DNA of 64,000 bases from a bacterium (GCA_965216635.1 OZ244188.1:1856001-1920000), one strand, 5' to 3'; positions 10,053 through 20,789 are shown, numbered from the stretch's first letter. Numbers and translations are program-made. The notes: generated from the sequence alone by a model not told the origin.

Positions 10053-11053
10053 ATATCCTCTTTAATTCCAATAACACTTTTTGCTATTTTACTCAAGAGT
10101 TCATTTAGTTCTTCGGCAAAAATAAATTTTACTTCTCTATCAGACCTGTTTTTATCACCTTCTAAAAGTTTTTCATTATCTTTTCTTTTTGCTTTGGTTA
10201 CAATCACGATTTTGTCTATCAATTTTGTATTATCTTCAACATCCCAATATTTTGCTTTATTGATTTGTTCAAGAACACTTTTATCAATAACACAATCATG
10301 ATCTTTGACTTGGATAGCAATCGCGTATTGATATTCTGCAATAATACTAGGTATTCTTATTAAAATATCCGTCCCGTGTTTTTTTTCAGATTTTCCTCCC
10401 ACTCTTTCTACTTCATAGGTAGGAAATAATTTTTTTAGTCCTTCTACTAAAAGATATTCCCATTCTGACGCGTGAAATTTTTCATTCAATCTTTCACGAA
10501 GACCTTCTTTAAATTTCTCTTCATCAAAAGATTTATTAAAACTTTCTGTAATAGATGAAATTAATTTACTGTAATGGCCTTCATGAATTAATAATTCACC
10601 ATCAGATTTTTTTAGTAGTTCCTCAATACACTCTTTATTTTGGTTAATATTCCAAAACCTCATCGCACATCTGAGAGTAGAGCGAATATTTCCATTAGAA
10701 TATTTACAGTGTCTTACAAATGATTTAATCAATTTTGCAGGGAAAATATGTCCAAAATCACGTTTAGTTTCATCTATTTCAAACCTATAGCCTTCATCAA
10801 AATCTGCTGTAGCTTCCACAATAGCTACCTCTTCCCATTTAGGCAGGCGAGGAACGAGCAAAATATCTCCTTTTTTTACTCTATCAAAAATAGGTCTATT
10901 CCTATTTGCCCCTAGATTTACTGTTTGATTTCTTAAATCTTGACCCTTATCCAACCCCCAACCTTGTCTCAGACGCCCTTCGTTTAGTTCTTTTCTAAAG
11001 TAATCAATTTCGTTTTTATTGATTCTATAGCCCCAGTAATTTCTTTCACCCAT
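10046..11053 (-). CDS. Putative restriction endonuclease (C-terminal Mrr-like PD-(D/E)xK domain)
   Basis: HGTDILI...IAIQVKD catalytic-type motif; N-terminal GRLRQGWG...VKKGDILLVP domain. Confidence 0.65.
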   Translation of the reverse strand: MGERNYWGYRINKNEIDYFRKELNEGRLRQGWGLDKGQDLRNQTVNLGANRNRPIFDRVKKGDILLVPRLPKWEEVAIVEATADFDEGYRFEIDETKRDFGHIFPAKLIKSFVRHCKYSNGNIRSTLRCAMRFWNINQNKECIEELLKKSDGELLIHEGHYSKLISSITESFNKSFDEEKFKEGLRERLNEKFHASEWEYLLVEGLKKLFPTYEVERVGGKSEKKHGTDILIRIPSIIAEYQYAIAIQVKDHDCVIDKSVLEQINKAKYWDVEDNTKLIDKIVIVTKAKRKDNEKLLEGDKNRSDREVKFIFAEELNELLSKIAKSVIGIKEDIE

Positions 11054-11074
11054 AATTTTATTAGACTTTTGATT

Positions 11075-11308
11075 TTAATGGTTTTTTTGTCTGGAAATAA
11101 TTTTTCGTCTTTTTTTTTCAAAAATAGTCCCTTTGGTTATCGTAAATTGCTTGCGACAATCCTTGCATCTGTAAAGTCCCTTACTAGTCTTTGAATGCCA
11201 GATACGATCTTTATTATCTTGCTTACAAAAAGGACAAGTAGGTTTATTATTCCAAATCATTTTTTCTAAAAACTCCCTATCTGATTTTTCAGTAGGGAAG
11301 TTATTCAT
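11075..11308 (-). mobile_element. IS1595-family transposase N-terminal zinc-ribbon remnant
   Basis: W..KPTCPFC...YRCKDCRKQFTITKGTIFEK; no DDE domain follows. Confidence 0.8.
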
Positions 11309-11597
11309 AAAATCAAAAACACTTATTGTGTTGTTATATTTACTTATTTTAATCTTTAGGTTAATTTATACTATAATTATAACCATAAAAAATATATTTT
11401 GTCAAGTAAAAAGTTTAGTTTTTTTACAAAACTCAACATTTTTTAGCAATATTTAAAAGAATTATCACTTAATAAACCTTGTTTTTTTAAAGGCAAATAC
11501 GATTTTTAGATAAATTTTGAAAAAAAGTTGTTTTTTTACTTGACAGATTGATTTTTTTGTGTTATACTATTACTTATAGTAACTACTATTTAGAAAA

Positions 11598-11972
11598 ATG
11601 TTTGAATATTTTGAAAATGTAGGTGTTAGAGTTACAGAGAGTAGGGTGTCCTTGAATAAATATTGTATTTTTTCGTTTAATAAAGGTGCAGTTAAGAGTT
11701 TAAACCTTGAAAAGTATAAATTTGTTCGTTTATTATTTGATAAAAAAGTATTGAGGATTGGTTTTGAATTTACAAATGACAACTCCAAACCACACTATAA
11801 TATTAGAAAGACTAAACTTTCTGGGTTTTATGTTTCGGCAAGATCTTTCTTTAAGAACTATGGAATAAATCCAACATCCACAGTAAGCCATAAATTAGAT
11901 AAATTCCGTCTATCAAATGGAACTAGCATAGTATTTATGGAATTGAGGAATGAACCTAAAACTAAAACTTAA
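11598..11972 (+). CDS. Hypothetical protein
   Basis: 124-aa ORF preceded by a near-consensus promoter (TTGACA...TATACT at about 11540-11568). Confidence 0.65.
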   Translation: MFEYFENVGVRVTESRVSLNKYCIFSFNKGAVKSLNLEKYKFVRLLFDKKVLRIGFEFTNDNSKPHYNIRKTKLSGFYVSARSFFKNYGINPTSTVSHKLDKFRLSNGTSIVFMELRNEPKTKT

Positions 11973-12334
11973 ATATTATATTTAGTTTCTGGATTAGGTT
12001 AAAAGGGATGGGAGGGAAGTATTAACTCCCCTCCACTTTTCTACTCGTAAAACGAGTAACCGAACGCATAGCAACCAGCTATGTTAATAGAAGACAAGTA
12101 ACCAAAAAAACTCAAGCCAGAGTATAATAATGATTGCTTGTCTATTTTTATGCTCGTAAAATGAGTAGATGGAGCGAGAAAAGGTAAGTAGTCTTTTAAA
12201 GAGATTGAACTTTTTAGAGAAGTATTCAATCCGCCTAACAAAAGATACTCTGTATGAACCACATACAAGGTATCAAAAAGGAATATAAAGAGTTTATACA
12301 CAACCATGTATAAATAATCTGATATTTCTTTTTT

Positions 12335-12370
12335 GGGCGGTATCTAATAAAAATAGGTATCGCCTTTTTT
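12335..12370 (+). terminator. Rho-independent terminator-like hairpin
   Basis: GGGCGGTATCTA-loop-TAGGTATCGCCT followed by a T run. Confidence 0.55.
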
Positions 12371-12743
12371 CTTTTTTTTGACCACTTCATATAAAAGCTA
12401 TCACATTTTTACAACTTTACCAAGCTTTTTTTTAGTTTCTCGGCTTATTTTCAATAACTTACCGAAAAATTTAATACCTACAATGTCAAGAAACAAACTT
12501 TGTAATCTATTTCACTAGACTACCTTTTCTAGAAAAGCAAGTATTAGAGGAGATAACTTGTCATTCTTCTTTATGTAAGTCTTGCTATATTTTAAAATTC
12601 TTCTATTATATTTATAATGGTTTTTTAAGCGTATAATTCCCAAATTTTTTTTGCTTTGAAATCACTAGCAAGCAAAAAATTTAGAGTATAAAATTTAAAT
12701 CAATTCCCATAACAAAATAGCTACAATACCGTATTTATACATT

Positions 12744-14222
12744 TTAAATTTTTTGCTTTTTTCCATATGGATTTAATAGATTTCTTAAGTTTCGCTTTCC
12801 AATTATTTTAGCTTTTTCAATTATCATTAGTGGTCTCATATTTACTCCTTTAAATTCACCCTCCCAAAAAGAAGATGTACGTTTAAAATACTTAAAATTT
12901 TCTCCATAATGTCTTTGCCAAAAACCATATTTTATAGCTCCAATTTTTGATTTCGGGGCAAGATTATTATTTTGGATTAATTGTATCAAATCTAAATGAG
13001 TTTCTGGTTTATAAACAACATCTAAAAAATTATACCAATTATTAGGATCAGCACTGATTGATATTTTATTCCAAAAAGTAGTTTCTATTCCCATAGTAGA
13101 ACCAAATGTAATAATTTTTTCGCAATTTAGTAATAATGCATAACTATCTATATTTTCTTCTGACCATATTATAGAACAATTTTTAAACTTATTTAATACC
13201 TCATCCTTAAAAAACCTTAATTGACTGTTACTAGGATTTCCTCGCATTGCTATTCTTGGATGAATTCGGAGATAAAAATATATTTCTTTATTATTTTTAA
13301 GTGTTTTTAATATAGATTTTATACCATCTAACTCATTATTATATACTTTTTTTCTATTGTGTTCTGGTATAGCGGCTTTTTCATCAAGAGAGGAATTAAA
13401 AATGACTATGTTTTTTTTATTAAAATCAAAATTTTTGGGCAATGTGCCTTCAATTTGATCTTTATTAAAAATAAATAGACCTTGATGTTCTTTAAATCTC
13501 AAATCGTAAAAAAATTTACTCCCAGATGATACTTTATATTCATCATCTTTACAATTATCCCAAGTTTCTAATATTGCGTTATCTGTATAGTTTAAATCAA
13601 AAAATGTAGAGTTTTTTACTTTAGAATATTTTCGGCGGTTCCAAAGAATATCAGTCGCGTAAAAATTTACAGACAACTTCTTTGCTGCTGCTTTTGCTGC
13701 ACCTGAATGAAAAAACCTCCCATTATGAAAATAAAGCACATCTATATTATTTCTTTGAAGAATATTAGTGGTTTTCTCATAAATAAAATAAGCTGTTTTA
13801 AGTGTATTGTATATTTGCTTTTGGTATTTTTTTGTGTCTAATTGAACTTCATTATGTTGAGTAATTAAAGTAGATGCAACATTAATGCCTATGGGAAAAC
13901 TATCAATATAAAAGTTCTTTAATTCATCTATACTGGTAAAATATTTTGGTAAAATATCATAATCAATATCAGTGTCATTAAGTTCTACAATATGAATTTT
14001 TTTCTTATTAAAAAAACGCATAAGATGTTTAAAATGTTTATTACACCTACTACATATTTTTTTATCAAGATTTATATTCAACTCACAAAATTTAAAATAA
14101 TCACCAAAACAAGTGATTAAAAAAATTTCATCATTTTGTTGCAAATGCTGTTCTATAATTTCCATTTGAGGTCCTGCAGCATGGGGAGCTAAACTATGAT
14201 AAAATTGTATTGCTATTTTCAT
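12744..14222 (-). CDS. Capsular polysaccharide biosynthesis/modification-like protein
   Basis: FHNGRF, LRIHP, IDSYALL..CEKIITFGSTMGIE motifs typical of capsule-synthesis GT-B-like proteins; near pseF. Confidence 0.6.
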   Translation of the reverse strand: MKIAIQFYHSLAPHAAGPQMEIIEQHLQQNDEIFLITCFGDYFKFCELNINLDKKICSRCNKHFKHLMRFFNKKKIHIVELNDTDIDYDILPKYFTSIDELKNFYIDSFPIGINVASTLITQHNEVQLDTKKYQKQIYNTLKTAYFIYEKTTNILQRNNIDVLYFHNGRFFHSGAAKAAAKKLSVNFYATDILWNRRKYSKVKNSTFFDLNYTDNAILETWDNCKDDEYKVSSGSKFFYDLRFKEHQGLFIFNKDQIEGTLPKNFDFNKKNIVIFNSSLDEKAAIPEHNRKKVYNNELDGIKSILKTLKNNKEIYFYLRIHPRIAMRGNPSNSQLRFFKDEVLNKFKNCSIIWSEENIDSYALLLNCEKIITFGSTMGIETTFWNKISISADPNNWYNFLDVVYKPETHLDLIQLIQNNNLAPKSKIGAIKYGFWQRHYGENFKYFKRTSSFWEGEFKGVNMRPLMIIEKAKIIGKRNLRNLLNPYGKKQKI

Positions 14223-14237
14223 AATTAATGTAAGTTA

Positions 14238-14647
14238 TAGACCTTTGAATTTCGCTGATGTGACGGCTAGCCAAATGGTTGGAGCAGGTGCGAAAAAAAT
14301 TTTTAGCTCGCAGGAATACTCAAGTATTTCAAGAGTTAAAAATTTTTTTTAATGGCGTAGCAAAAAACACTACAAAACTTAAAGCTAATACAATAGACCT
14401 TTGAATTTCGCTGATGTGACGGCTAGCCAAATGGTTGGAGCAGGTGCGAAAAAAATTTTTAGCTCGCAGGAATGTGTAAGTATTTCAAGAGTTAAAAATT
14501 TTTTTTAATGGCGCAGCAAAAAACACTACAAAACTTAAAGCTAATACAATATAGACTGCAAAAGAGCCAGTCATTCTTTTGCTAAAGCCTGTATTGGAGT
14601 GAAAGCAATAAGCTAGTTTTGTCCTATTTGGCAAATTCAAAAGTATA
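14238..14647. repeat. MITE-like palindromic element with a 156-bp internal tandem duplication
   Basis: TAGACCTTTGAATTTCGCTGATGTGACGGCTAGCC... starts at 14238 and again at 14394; closes with AATTCAAAAGTATA. Confidence 0.85.
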
Positions 14648-14728
14648 AGTTATATTATCTGTTAGAATAAAATTTAGTAAAATTCAGATGGTTAAAAATT
14701 TTTCTTTAATAATCTACATACTAAACTA

Positions 14729-15418
14729 CTAGATTTGATTCAATACCTTATATTTTATTTCAGCAATTCTCCAATCTTCTTCATTATCAATATCTTGCGA
14801 TTCAATTTCTGGAATTATAATTGGGAAAGTATTTTCTAAAAGTAATGTTTTATTTTTAAGAAAACTTGATGTTTTTATAAGATAAAATTGTCCAGAATCG
14901 TGATAAAATGGTTCTAAATCCTGTGAACGTTTTGTATAATTTTCTTGCCAGTTCATTACTATTTTATCATTTTTTATTTTTAAAGAACGTTGCACTGGAG
15001 AACTATACTTTATAATAGGAAAAACACAATCGCAATTATTATTTTTTATAATATTCATTGCAGAACTTAATTTTTCAGCTGTCACAAAGGGTGCTGTTGG
15101 GTAGATGCAACATAAATAATCATAACTCTGTCCTAGTTGTTGATATTGATTAATTACTTCTAATAAGACATCAGAAGTAGTTGAGTAATCATCAGAATTT
15201 TTTTTAGATCTTATAAAAGGAACTTTAGCTCCATATTTTTTAGAAATTTCTACAATTTCTTCATCATCTGTAGAAACCATAACTTCATCAAAACAACCAC
15301 TTGAAAGAGCAGCATCAATGGAATATTTGATAATCGGTTGTCCGCAAAAATCTCTGATGTTTTTTCTGGGAATTCGTTTGCTTCCTCCTCTTGCTGTTAT
15401 TATTGCAATAGCTGACAT
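14729..15418 (-). CDS. pseF: Pseudaminic acid cytidylyltransferase (acylneuraminate CMP-transferase family)
   Basis: IITARGGSKRIPRKNI, VSTDDEEI, CIYPTAPF, RSQDLE..YHDSGQFY, QDIDNEEDW. Start trimmed to MSAIA because the upstream extension lies in a repeat. Confidence 0.88.
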   Translation of the reverse strand: MSAIAIITARGGSKRIPRKNIRDFCGQPIIKYSIDAALSSGCFDEVMVSTDDEEIVEISKKYGAKVPFIRSKKNSDDYSTTSDVLLEVINQYQQLGQSYDYLCCIYPTAPFVTAEKLSSAMNIIKNNNCDCVFPIIKYSSPVQRSLKIKNDKIVMNWQENYTKRSQDLEPFYHDSGQFYLIKTSSFLKNKTLLLENTFPIIIPEIESQDIDNEEDWRIAEIKYKVLNQI

Positions 15419-15436
15419 TAGCTTTTTTCTATTATA

Positions 15437-15626
15437 TAGACCTTTGAATTTCGCTGATGTGTCGAAAAATATCGTCCTGCAAAACACTCTAAAATTTGCA
15501 TCTAGCAAAAGCGAAATGCCTATAGATTGGAATAAGAGAGCCAGCGGCATTTTTACTATAGCCCTTATTTTGCGTTAAAGCAATAAGCCTGTTTTGCCAA
15601 ACTAAAACACCTAATTCAAAAATATC
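15437..15626. repeat. MITE-like palindromic element copy
   Basis: TAGACCTTTGAATTTCGCTGATGTG...AAAGCAATAAGCC...CTAATTCAAAAATATC. Confidence 0.75.
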
Positions 15627-15965
15627 TTTTTATTTTAACTCTCCCTTGCTACTAGAACTTTTAAAAAAAACAGCAAAAACAACTGAGTCAATATGAACTA
15701 CTACGACAACTCTACGCTCACCAAAAACGTCTTTCCAATGATAGAATGGGCTATGCAATAATAGCAAAAAAAGCCTCAACCTAACTACCATTTTTTGTTT
15801 AGAGCAAGGAAAAAACTACCAATATTTGGAAAAAATCAATAAGGAAAAAAGTATTTTCAAAAAATCATTCCTTTACCCCATCCTTGCTATGTGATGTAAT
15901 ACAAATCAAAATTTTTAGAAGACTATATTCAAGAATTTTTAAACAAATTGCAGCACTCATCTTAA
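15627..15965 (+). pseudogene. Degraded SMUG2/DUF4918-like uracil-DNA glycosylase C-terminal half
   Basis: Across stops and frameshifts it reads FYFNSPL...VNMNYYD...GKNYQYLEKINKEK/KYFQKIIPLPHP(C)YVM*YKSKFLEDYIQEFL. Confidence 0.65.
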
Positions 15966-16034
15966 TAGCTTTTAAAAAACTCCCTTTTACTTTACTATAA
16001 ACAAACTGTTAAACTTATAAAAAAAAAACTCCTA

Positions 16035-17426
16035 ATGCTGACTAAAAAATACATCTCTGAAATTAAATCTCAGGGAAATGGAGCTATGCAGACTCTTGTG
16101 AAATCCAATAATGATGATAAAAGCATTTTATTTATTCTTGAAAATTTAGGCTATTTACCTGATAATTTTGACGATAGCTGGGTTCAAAAATTACTTCTAA
16201 GTGATAATAATAAAATTTGTTTAAGCGCAATTAAAAATATTGGAAAAGTTAAAAACAATTCTAATCTTGTTGCTCTATTCAAAATTGCTAAAAGCAATAA
16301 AGCAACAAATATAAGGCGAGAAGCTGTGTCTTCTATTGGCAGAATGAGGAATAAAAAAACTGTTGATTGCTTGATTGAATTACTCAAGGACAAAGATCCA
16401 AAAATTATAAGTCAAGCAATAAGAGGTTTGCTTGTTTTTAAGGGTGATGAAAAAATAGACGATAGCTTAAAAAAGCTTGTCAACAATGAAAATGAAATGA
16501 TTCAAGCAGTTATAAAAAAAGAATATTTTCAAAATCCAACACAAAATCAACCGCAAACTACACAACAACATTCAGAATCTTATGAATATCTAAAAAACAC
16601 TGTTGTGCTTGGAGATGTTAGAGATATTTTAAAAAAAATACCTGATGAGAGTTTTCATCTTACTTTTACCTCACCCCCTTATTATAATGCTAGAGACTAC
16701 TCTATCTATCCGAGCTATAAAGCCTATTTAAAATTTTTAGAAGAAGTGTTTAAGCAAGTCTATAATAAAACCAAAGAAGGAAGATTTTTAATTGTCAACA
16801 CATCGCCTGTAATTGTTCCTAGGATTAGTAGGCAACATTCATCAAAAAGATACCCCATTCCATTTGATATTCACAATTTTTTAACGAAATTGGGCTGGGA
16901 ATTTATTGACGATATAATCTGGTTAAAACCAGAAGCAACTGCCAAAAATAGAAATGCTGGATTTTTACAGCACAGAAACCCTTTAGCCTATAAACCCAAT
17001 GCAAGAACAGAATACTTAATGGTTTATAGAAAGCAAACGGATAAATTGATTGATTGGAACATCAAGCAATACAGTCAAAATACAGTAAAAAACAGTAAGG
17101 TTCAAGATGGCTATGAAACTTCTAATATTTGGAAAATTGATCCGAAATTTGACAAGGTACATTCTGCCGTTTTTCCAATAGAGCTATGTAAACGAGTTAT
17201 TGAATATTATTCCTTTAAAGGAGATTTGGTATTTGATCCTTTTGGAGGTAGCGGCACTTTTGGGAGAACAGCAAAGCATTTGCAGAGATATTTTTTTTTA
17301 ACAGAAAACAATTCAGAATATTTTGAATATATGAAATCTTTTTTACAGAAAAAAAATTTAAGTTTATTGAAAGAAAGAGAAAGTAAATTTTTAGAATTTA
17401 CTGAATTTAGCAAACTAATAAAATGA
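16035..17426 (+). CDS. HEAT-repeat / N4-N6 DNA methyltransferase fusion (beta class)
   Basis: N-terminal HEAT-like repeats (IRREAVSSIG, LLKDKDPKIISQAIRGL); TSPPY, HSAVFP, DPFGGSG. Confidence 0.88.
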   Translation: MLTKKYISEIKSQGNGAMQTLVKSNNDDKSILFILENLGYLPDNFDDSWVQKLLLSDNNKICLSAIKNIGKVKNNSNLVALFKIAKSNKATNIRREAVSSIGRMRNKKTVDCLIELLKDKDPKIISQAIRGLLVFKGDEKIDDSLKKLVNNENEMIQAVIKKEYFQNPTQNQPQTTQQHSESYEYLKNTVVLGDVRDILKKIPDESFHLTFTSPPYYNARDYSIYPSYKAYLKFLEEVFKQVYNKTKEGRFLIVNTSPVIVPRISRQHSSKRYPIPFDIHNFLTKLGWEFIDDIIWLKPEATAKNRNAGFLQHRNPLAYKPNARTEYLMVYRKQTDKLIDWNIKQYSQNTVKNSKVQDGYETSNIWKIDPKFDKVHSAVFPIELCKRVIEYYSFKGDLVFDPFGGSGTFGRTAKHLQRYFFLTENNSEYFEYMKSFLQKKNLSLLKERESKFLEFTEFSKLIK

Positions 17427-18336
17427 CACTTACCGAACAAGTAGCAAAAAAGATTATCAAAAAACTTTTAAAAGGTGAAGATTGCCGAATTGAAATTATA
17501 ACTCTCATTAATGCAGAATTTCTTCAATTTGCTATTAATTTTTTCAAAAAAATTGTTACCGCAAAATTAAATAATAAAGAAGTGACAACGGATTGGTATA
17601 AATCAGTTTTTTTGGATTCTACACTCAACAAAGAAGATATTGCTATAAATTCAGGTCTCAATGTGAAAACTATTGGCAATATGTTTAATTCTACAAAAAA
17701 AGAAATTGTTATAGATGCTGCTAATGAACATTACAATTCACTATACACAGCAATTCAATCATTAGTAGATAGTACAGAAGAGCTAGATTTGACCTTAACA
17801 ATTAAATTGAAAGGAGTAAGCGTTGATTTGAATGTTAGTGAGAGCCTTGTTGTTATCAACACTTTGGCGGTAAAAAGGGCTGCAATAAGAGGTGGATTAT
17901 GGAGCACTGCTGGTAAAAGAGTAGAAAAACCTTTAATGCAGACAATGTGTAAATTGTATAGAGTCCCTGAGAATAATTTTAAAATGGAAATAAAAAACAC
18001 AGACGCAAAACAAACATTTCAAAGAGAAATAGATTTTTATCTTATAAAGAAAAACCAAAAATATAAGCGCGAAGTCAAACTTATGGGAAAAGGCTTCCTG
18101 AGGCTGCTGATGTTGTGATTGCAAGAGATAGTAGTATTTTTGTTGCTGATAAATTATCTAATACAAACAAAGCTCAATTAGATAGTCTCAATATAAAATG
18201 GGTTGAACTCAGAGATAAAATTGGGTTTAGAAAATTCCAAGATATACTCAAAAATCTAAAAATACCTTACCAAGAATTGAACAAAAATAATTGGAATAAA
18301 AAAATTGATGAAATTTTAGAAAAGATATTTAGTTAA
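17423..18336 (+). pseudogene. CfrBI-family type II restriction endonuclease, frameshifted near 18095
   Basis: RGGLWSTAGKRVEKPLM, REIDFYL, EVKLMGKG, then a frame change to PEAADVVIARDSSIFVADKLS. Confidence 0.8.
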
Positions 18337-18490
18337 TAATATTTATGCTAATTTAAAATCACTTTCCTAGTTTAGAAATAATTTCTAAAAAAATTACAAA
18401 ATAAAAATAAAAATAATAATTTGCTTGTATGAATTTTTTTTACTTTACTATAAACAAACTGTTAAACTTATAAAAAAAAAACAAGACCTA

Positions 18491-20605
18491 ATGGATAGCA
18501 TTCAAGAAATATTAAAAGACAGCAATCACAATCTTTCTTTGTTTAGAGAAGAAGAGATCACAGCTTTAAGAGAAAAAGTATTTTCCAAAGAAACAAAGGG
18601 TAAAGAAACTCCATTTGTAAAGTGCATTATTCGGGATAAAGATATTCAATTAAAGCCCGAAGAAATTGTGCGTCAACTTTACGCAACAAGACTTCTCCAA
18701 GATTACGACTACCCCAAAAAAAGACTGGCTTTTGAATATCCCATCACTTTTGGTAGAGAAAAAAAACTTGCTGATATTGTTATTTTTGATAAAGACCGAC
18801 CAGATACTCCCTATATTATTATTGAGCTAAAAAAACCCAAGCTAAAAGATGGCAAGGAGCAGCTGAAAAGTTATACCAACGCTACAGGAGCACCGATTGG
18901 TGTATGGACAAACGGCAAACAAATTTCTCATTACAACCGCAAAGACCCAAATTATTTTGAAGATATTATCAATATTCCAAAAGCAGAACAAAATCTCGCT
19001 GATATACTTCAAGAGCGTTTTACTCTTAAAGATTTGATTATCAAAGATAAAATTGCCAATGAAAGAAAATCTTTAAAAGATATTATAGAGGAAATGGAAG
19101 ACGAAGTTTTGGCGAACGCTGGAGTAGATGTTTTTGAGGAAGTTTTTAAACTTATTTTCACCAAACTTTACGATGAATTTTTAAGCCAAAACGATAAAAC
19201 TATTATCAACTATCATTTGCGATCTGTGACAAAAACTGCGGTGCACGAGCCCACGAACCAATACGGTAAAACTCCCAATTATCTCGGTGCTCAAGATTAC
19301 GAAAAACTCAAAGAAGCAGTAAAAGGGGTAGGCGATGAAGGTTTTCGTACAATGGAATTTAGAAACACTGGACAAACAGACACAGAACTAAAAAACAAAA
19401 TCCAAAAACTTTTTAACAATGCCAAAAAACAGTGGGCTGGTGTATTTCCAGAAGAAACAAAATTTGAACTTACCGACAGTCATTTGTCGGTCTGTGTTTC
19501 TAGCCTGCAAGATATAAAACTATTTAATTCTAATTTGCTAGTAGTGGACGAAGCTTTTGAATACCTAGTCAGCAAATCTGCAAAAGGAGAAAAAGGTCAA
19601 TACTTTACTCCTCGTCATGTAATAGATATGTGTGTTCAAATGCTCAACCCCAAACGAGGAGAATATATGATTGATACTGCTTCTGGTAGTTGCGGTTTTC
19701 CAGTGCATACTATTTTTAAACTTACAGGGCATCTTTTTACCAACGAAGGAATACCAGAAGCAGATAAACAAGAAGTTTTAAAAGTATTCGGGATTGATTT
19801 TGATGAAAAAGCAGTGCGTGTAGCTAGAACTCTAAATTTAATTGCTGGCGACGGAGAAACTAATGTCCTGCATTTAAACACACTGGATTTTAATCAGTGG
19901 GTTGATAAAACGGGAGACGAAGAAAAAAATATAAAAGCCGACCAAAAATGGACAAAAACCTACGGCAAGGGTTTTGAAAGACTAGAAAAATTGAGAGCAG
20001 AAAAAGGAGAAAATAAGCAATTTAACTTTGATATTTTAATGGCAAATCCGCCTTTTGCTGGAGATATTAAAGAAAGCCGTATTTTACACCAATACGATCT
20101 AGGTTTTAAAGGTAATGGAAAATCACAAAGCAAAGTAGGTAGAGATATTTTATTTATAGAAAGAAATTTGGATTTTCTAAAACCTGGGGGCAGAATGGCA
20201 ATCGTCTTGCCACAAGGAAGATTTAACAACACTTCGGACAAATACATTCGTGATTTTATTGCAGAACGAGGCAGAATTTTAGCAATAATTGGTTTGCACG
20301 GCAACACTTTCAAGCCTCACACTGGAACGAAAACCAGCGTTTTATTTGTGCAAAAATGGGACGATAAACTCTGTCCTAAAATAAAAGATTATCCCATATT
20401 TTTTGCAGTATCCGAAAAAGGGGGCAAAGACAATTCTGGAGATTATACCTATCTCAAAATGGAGAGCGGACAAGATAAACTAGATAAAAACGGACACCTG
20501 ATTGTAGAACAGGATTTGCACAACCACGGCGGAGAATTGCCCGATGGAATCGCAGAGGCTTTTTCTCAATTTGCCAAAAGTGAAAATTTAAGTTTTTGGG
20601 AATAA
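18491..20605 (+). CDS. Fused restriction (HSDR_N-like) / N6-adenine methyltransferase subunit
   Basis: PEEIVRQ, ADIVIF...IIIELKK nuclease motif; GQYFTPR, DTASGSCGF, NPPF. Start taken as MDSIQ. Confidence 0.88.
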   Translation: MDSIQEILKDSNHNLSLFREEEITALREKVFSKETKGKETPFVKCIIRDKDIQLKPEEIVRQLYATRLLQDYDYPKKRLAFEYPITFGREKKLADIVIFDKDRPDTPYIIIELKKPKLKDGKEQLKSYTNATGAPIGVWTNGKQISHYNRKDPNYFEDIINIPKAEQNLADILQERFTLKDLIIKDKIANERKSLKDIIEEMEDEVLANAGVDVFEEVFKLIFTKLYDEFLSQNDKTIINYHLRSVTKTAVHEPTNQYGKTPNYLGAQDYEKLKEAVKGVGDEGFRTMEFRNTGQTDTELKNKIQKLFNNAKKQWAGVFPEETKFELTDSHLSVCVSSLQDIKLFNSNLLVVDEAFEYLVSKSAKGEKGQYFTPRHVIDMCVQMLNPKRGEYMIDTASGSCGFPVHTIFKLTGHLFTNEGIPEADKQEVLKVFGIDFDEKAVRVARTLNLIAGDGETNVLHLNTLDFNQWVDKTGDEEKNIKADQKWTKTYGKGFERLEKLRAEKGENKQFNFDILMANPPFAGDIKESRILHQYDLGFKGNGKSQSKVGRDILFIERNLDFLKPGGRMAIVLPQGRFNNTSDKYIRDFIAERGRILAIIGLHGNTFKPHTGTKTSVLFVQKWDDKLCPKIKDYPIFFAVSEKGGKDNSGDYTYLKMESGQDKLDKNGHLIVEQDLHNHGGELPDGIAEAFSQFAKSENLSFWE

Positions 20606-20609
20606 TATT

Positions 20610-20789
20610 ATGTGGAATAATTTTTCTAAAATAGTTAAAAATCTCCTTTTATTAAAAGAAAACTCAGAAGAAATATCTAATCTAAAAAAAGAAATTGTAT
20701 CTTTAAAGATAAAACAAGCTTCTTTTGAGACTTTCCAAAGGATATTTGAAAACAGTTTGGAAATCAAAATAACAAAAAACAAAAAATGA
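20610..20789 (+). CDS. Small hypothetical protein (59 aa)
   Basis: MWNNFSKIVKNLLLLKENSEE...; ATGA overlap with the next ORF. Confidence 0.5.
   Translation: MWNNFSKIVKNLLLLKENSEEISNLKKEIVSLKIKQASFETFQRIFENSLEIKITKNKK

Noticed and set aside
12041..12307. 88-aa minus-strand ORF
   Set aside because: No recognisable motif; the plus strand looks more like a stop-riddled remnant, so neither call is supportable
15419..15550. N-terminal extension of pseF (likewise 30730-30759, 55332-55406, 37394-37501, 39506-39580, 18425-18490)
   Set aside because: The extensions run through repeat or promoter DNA; homology begins at the downstream ATG
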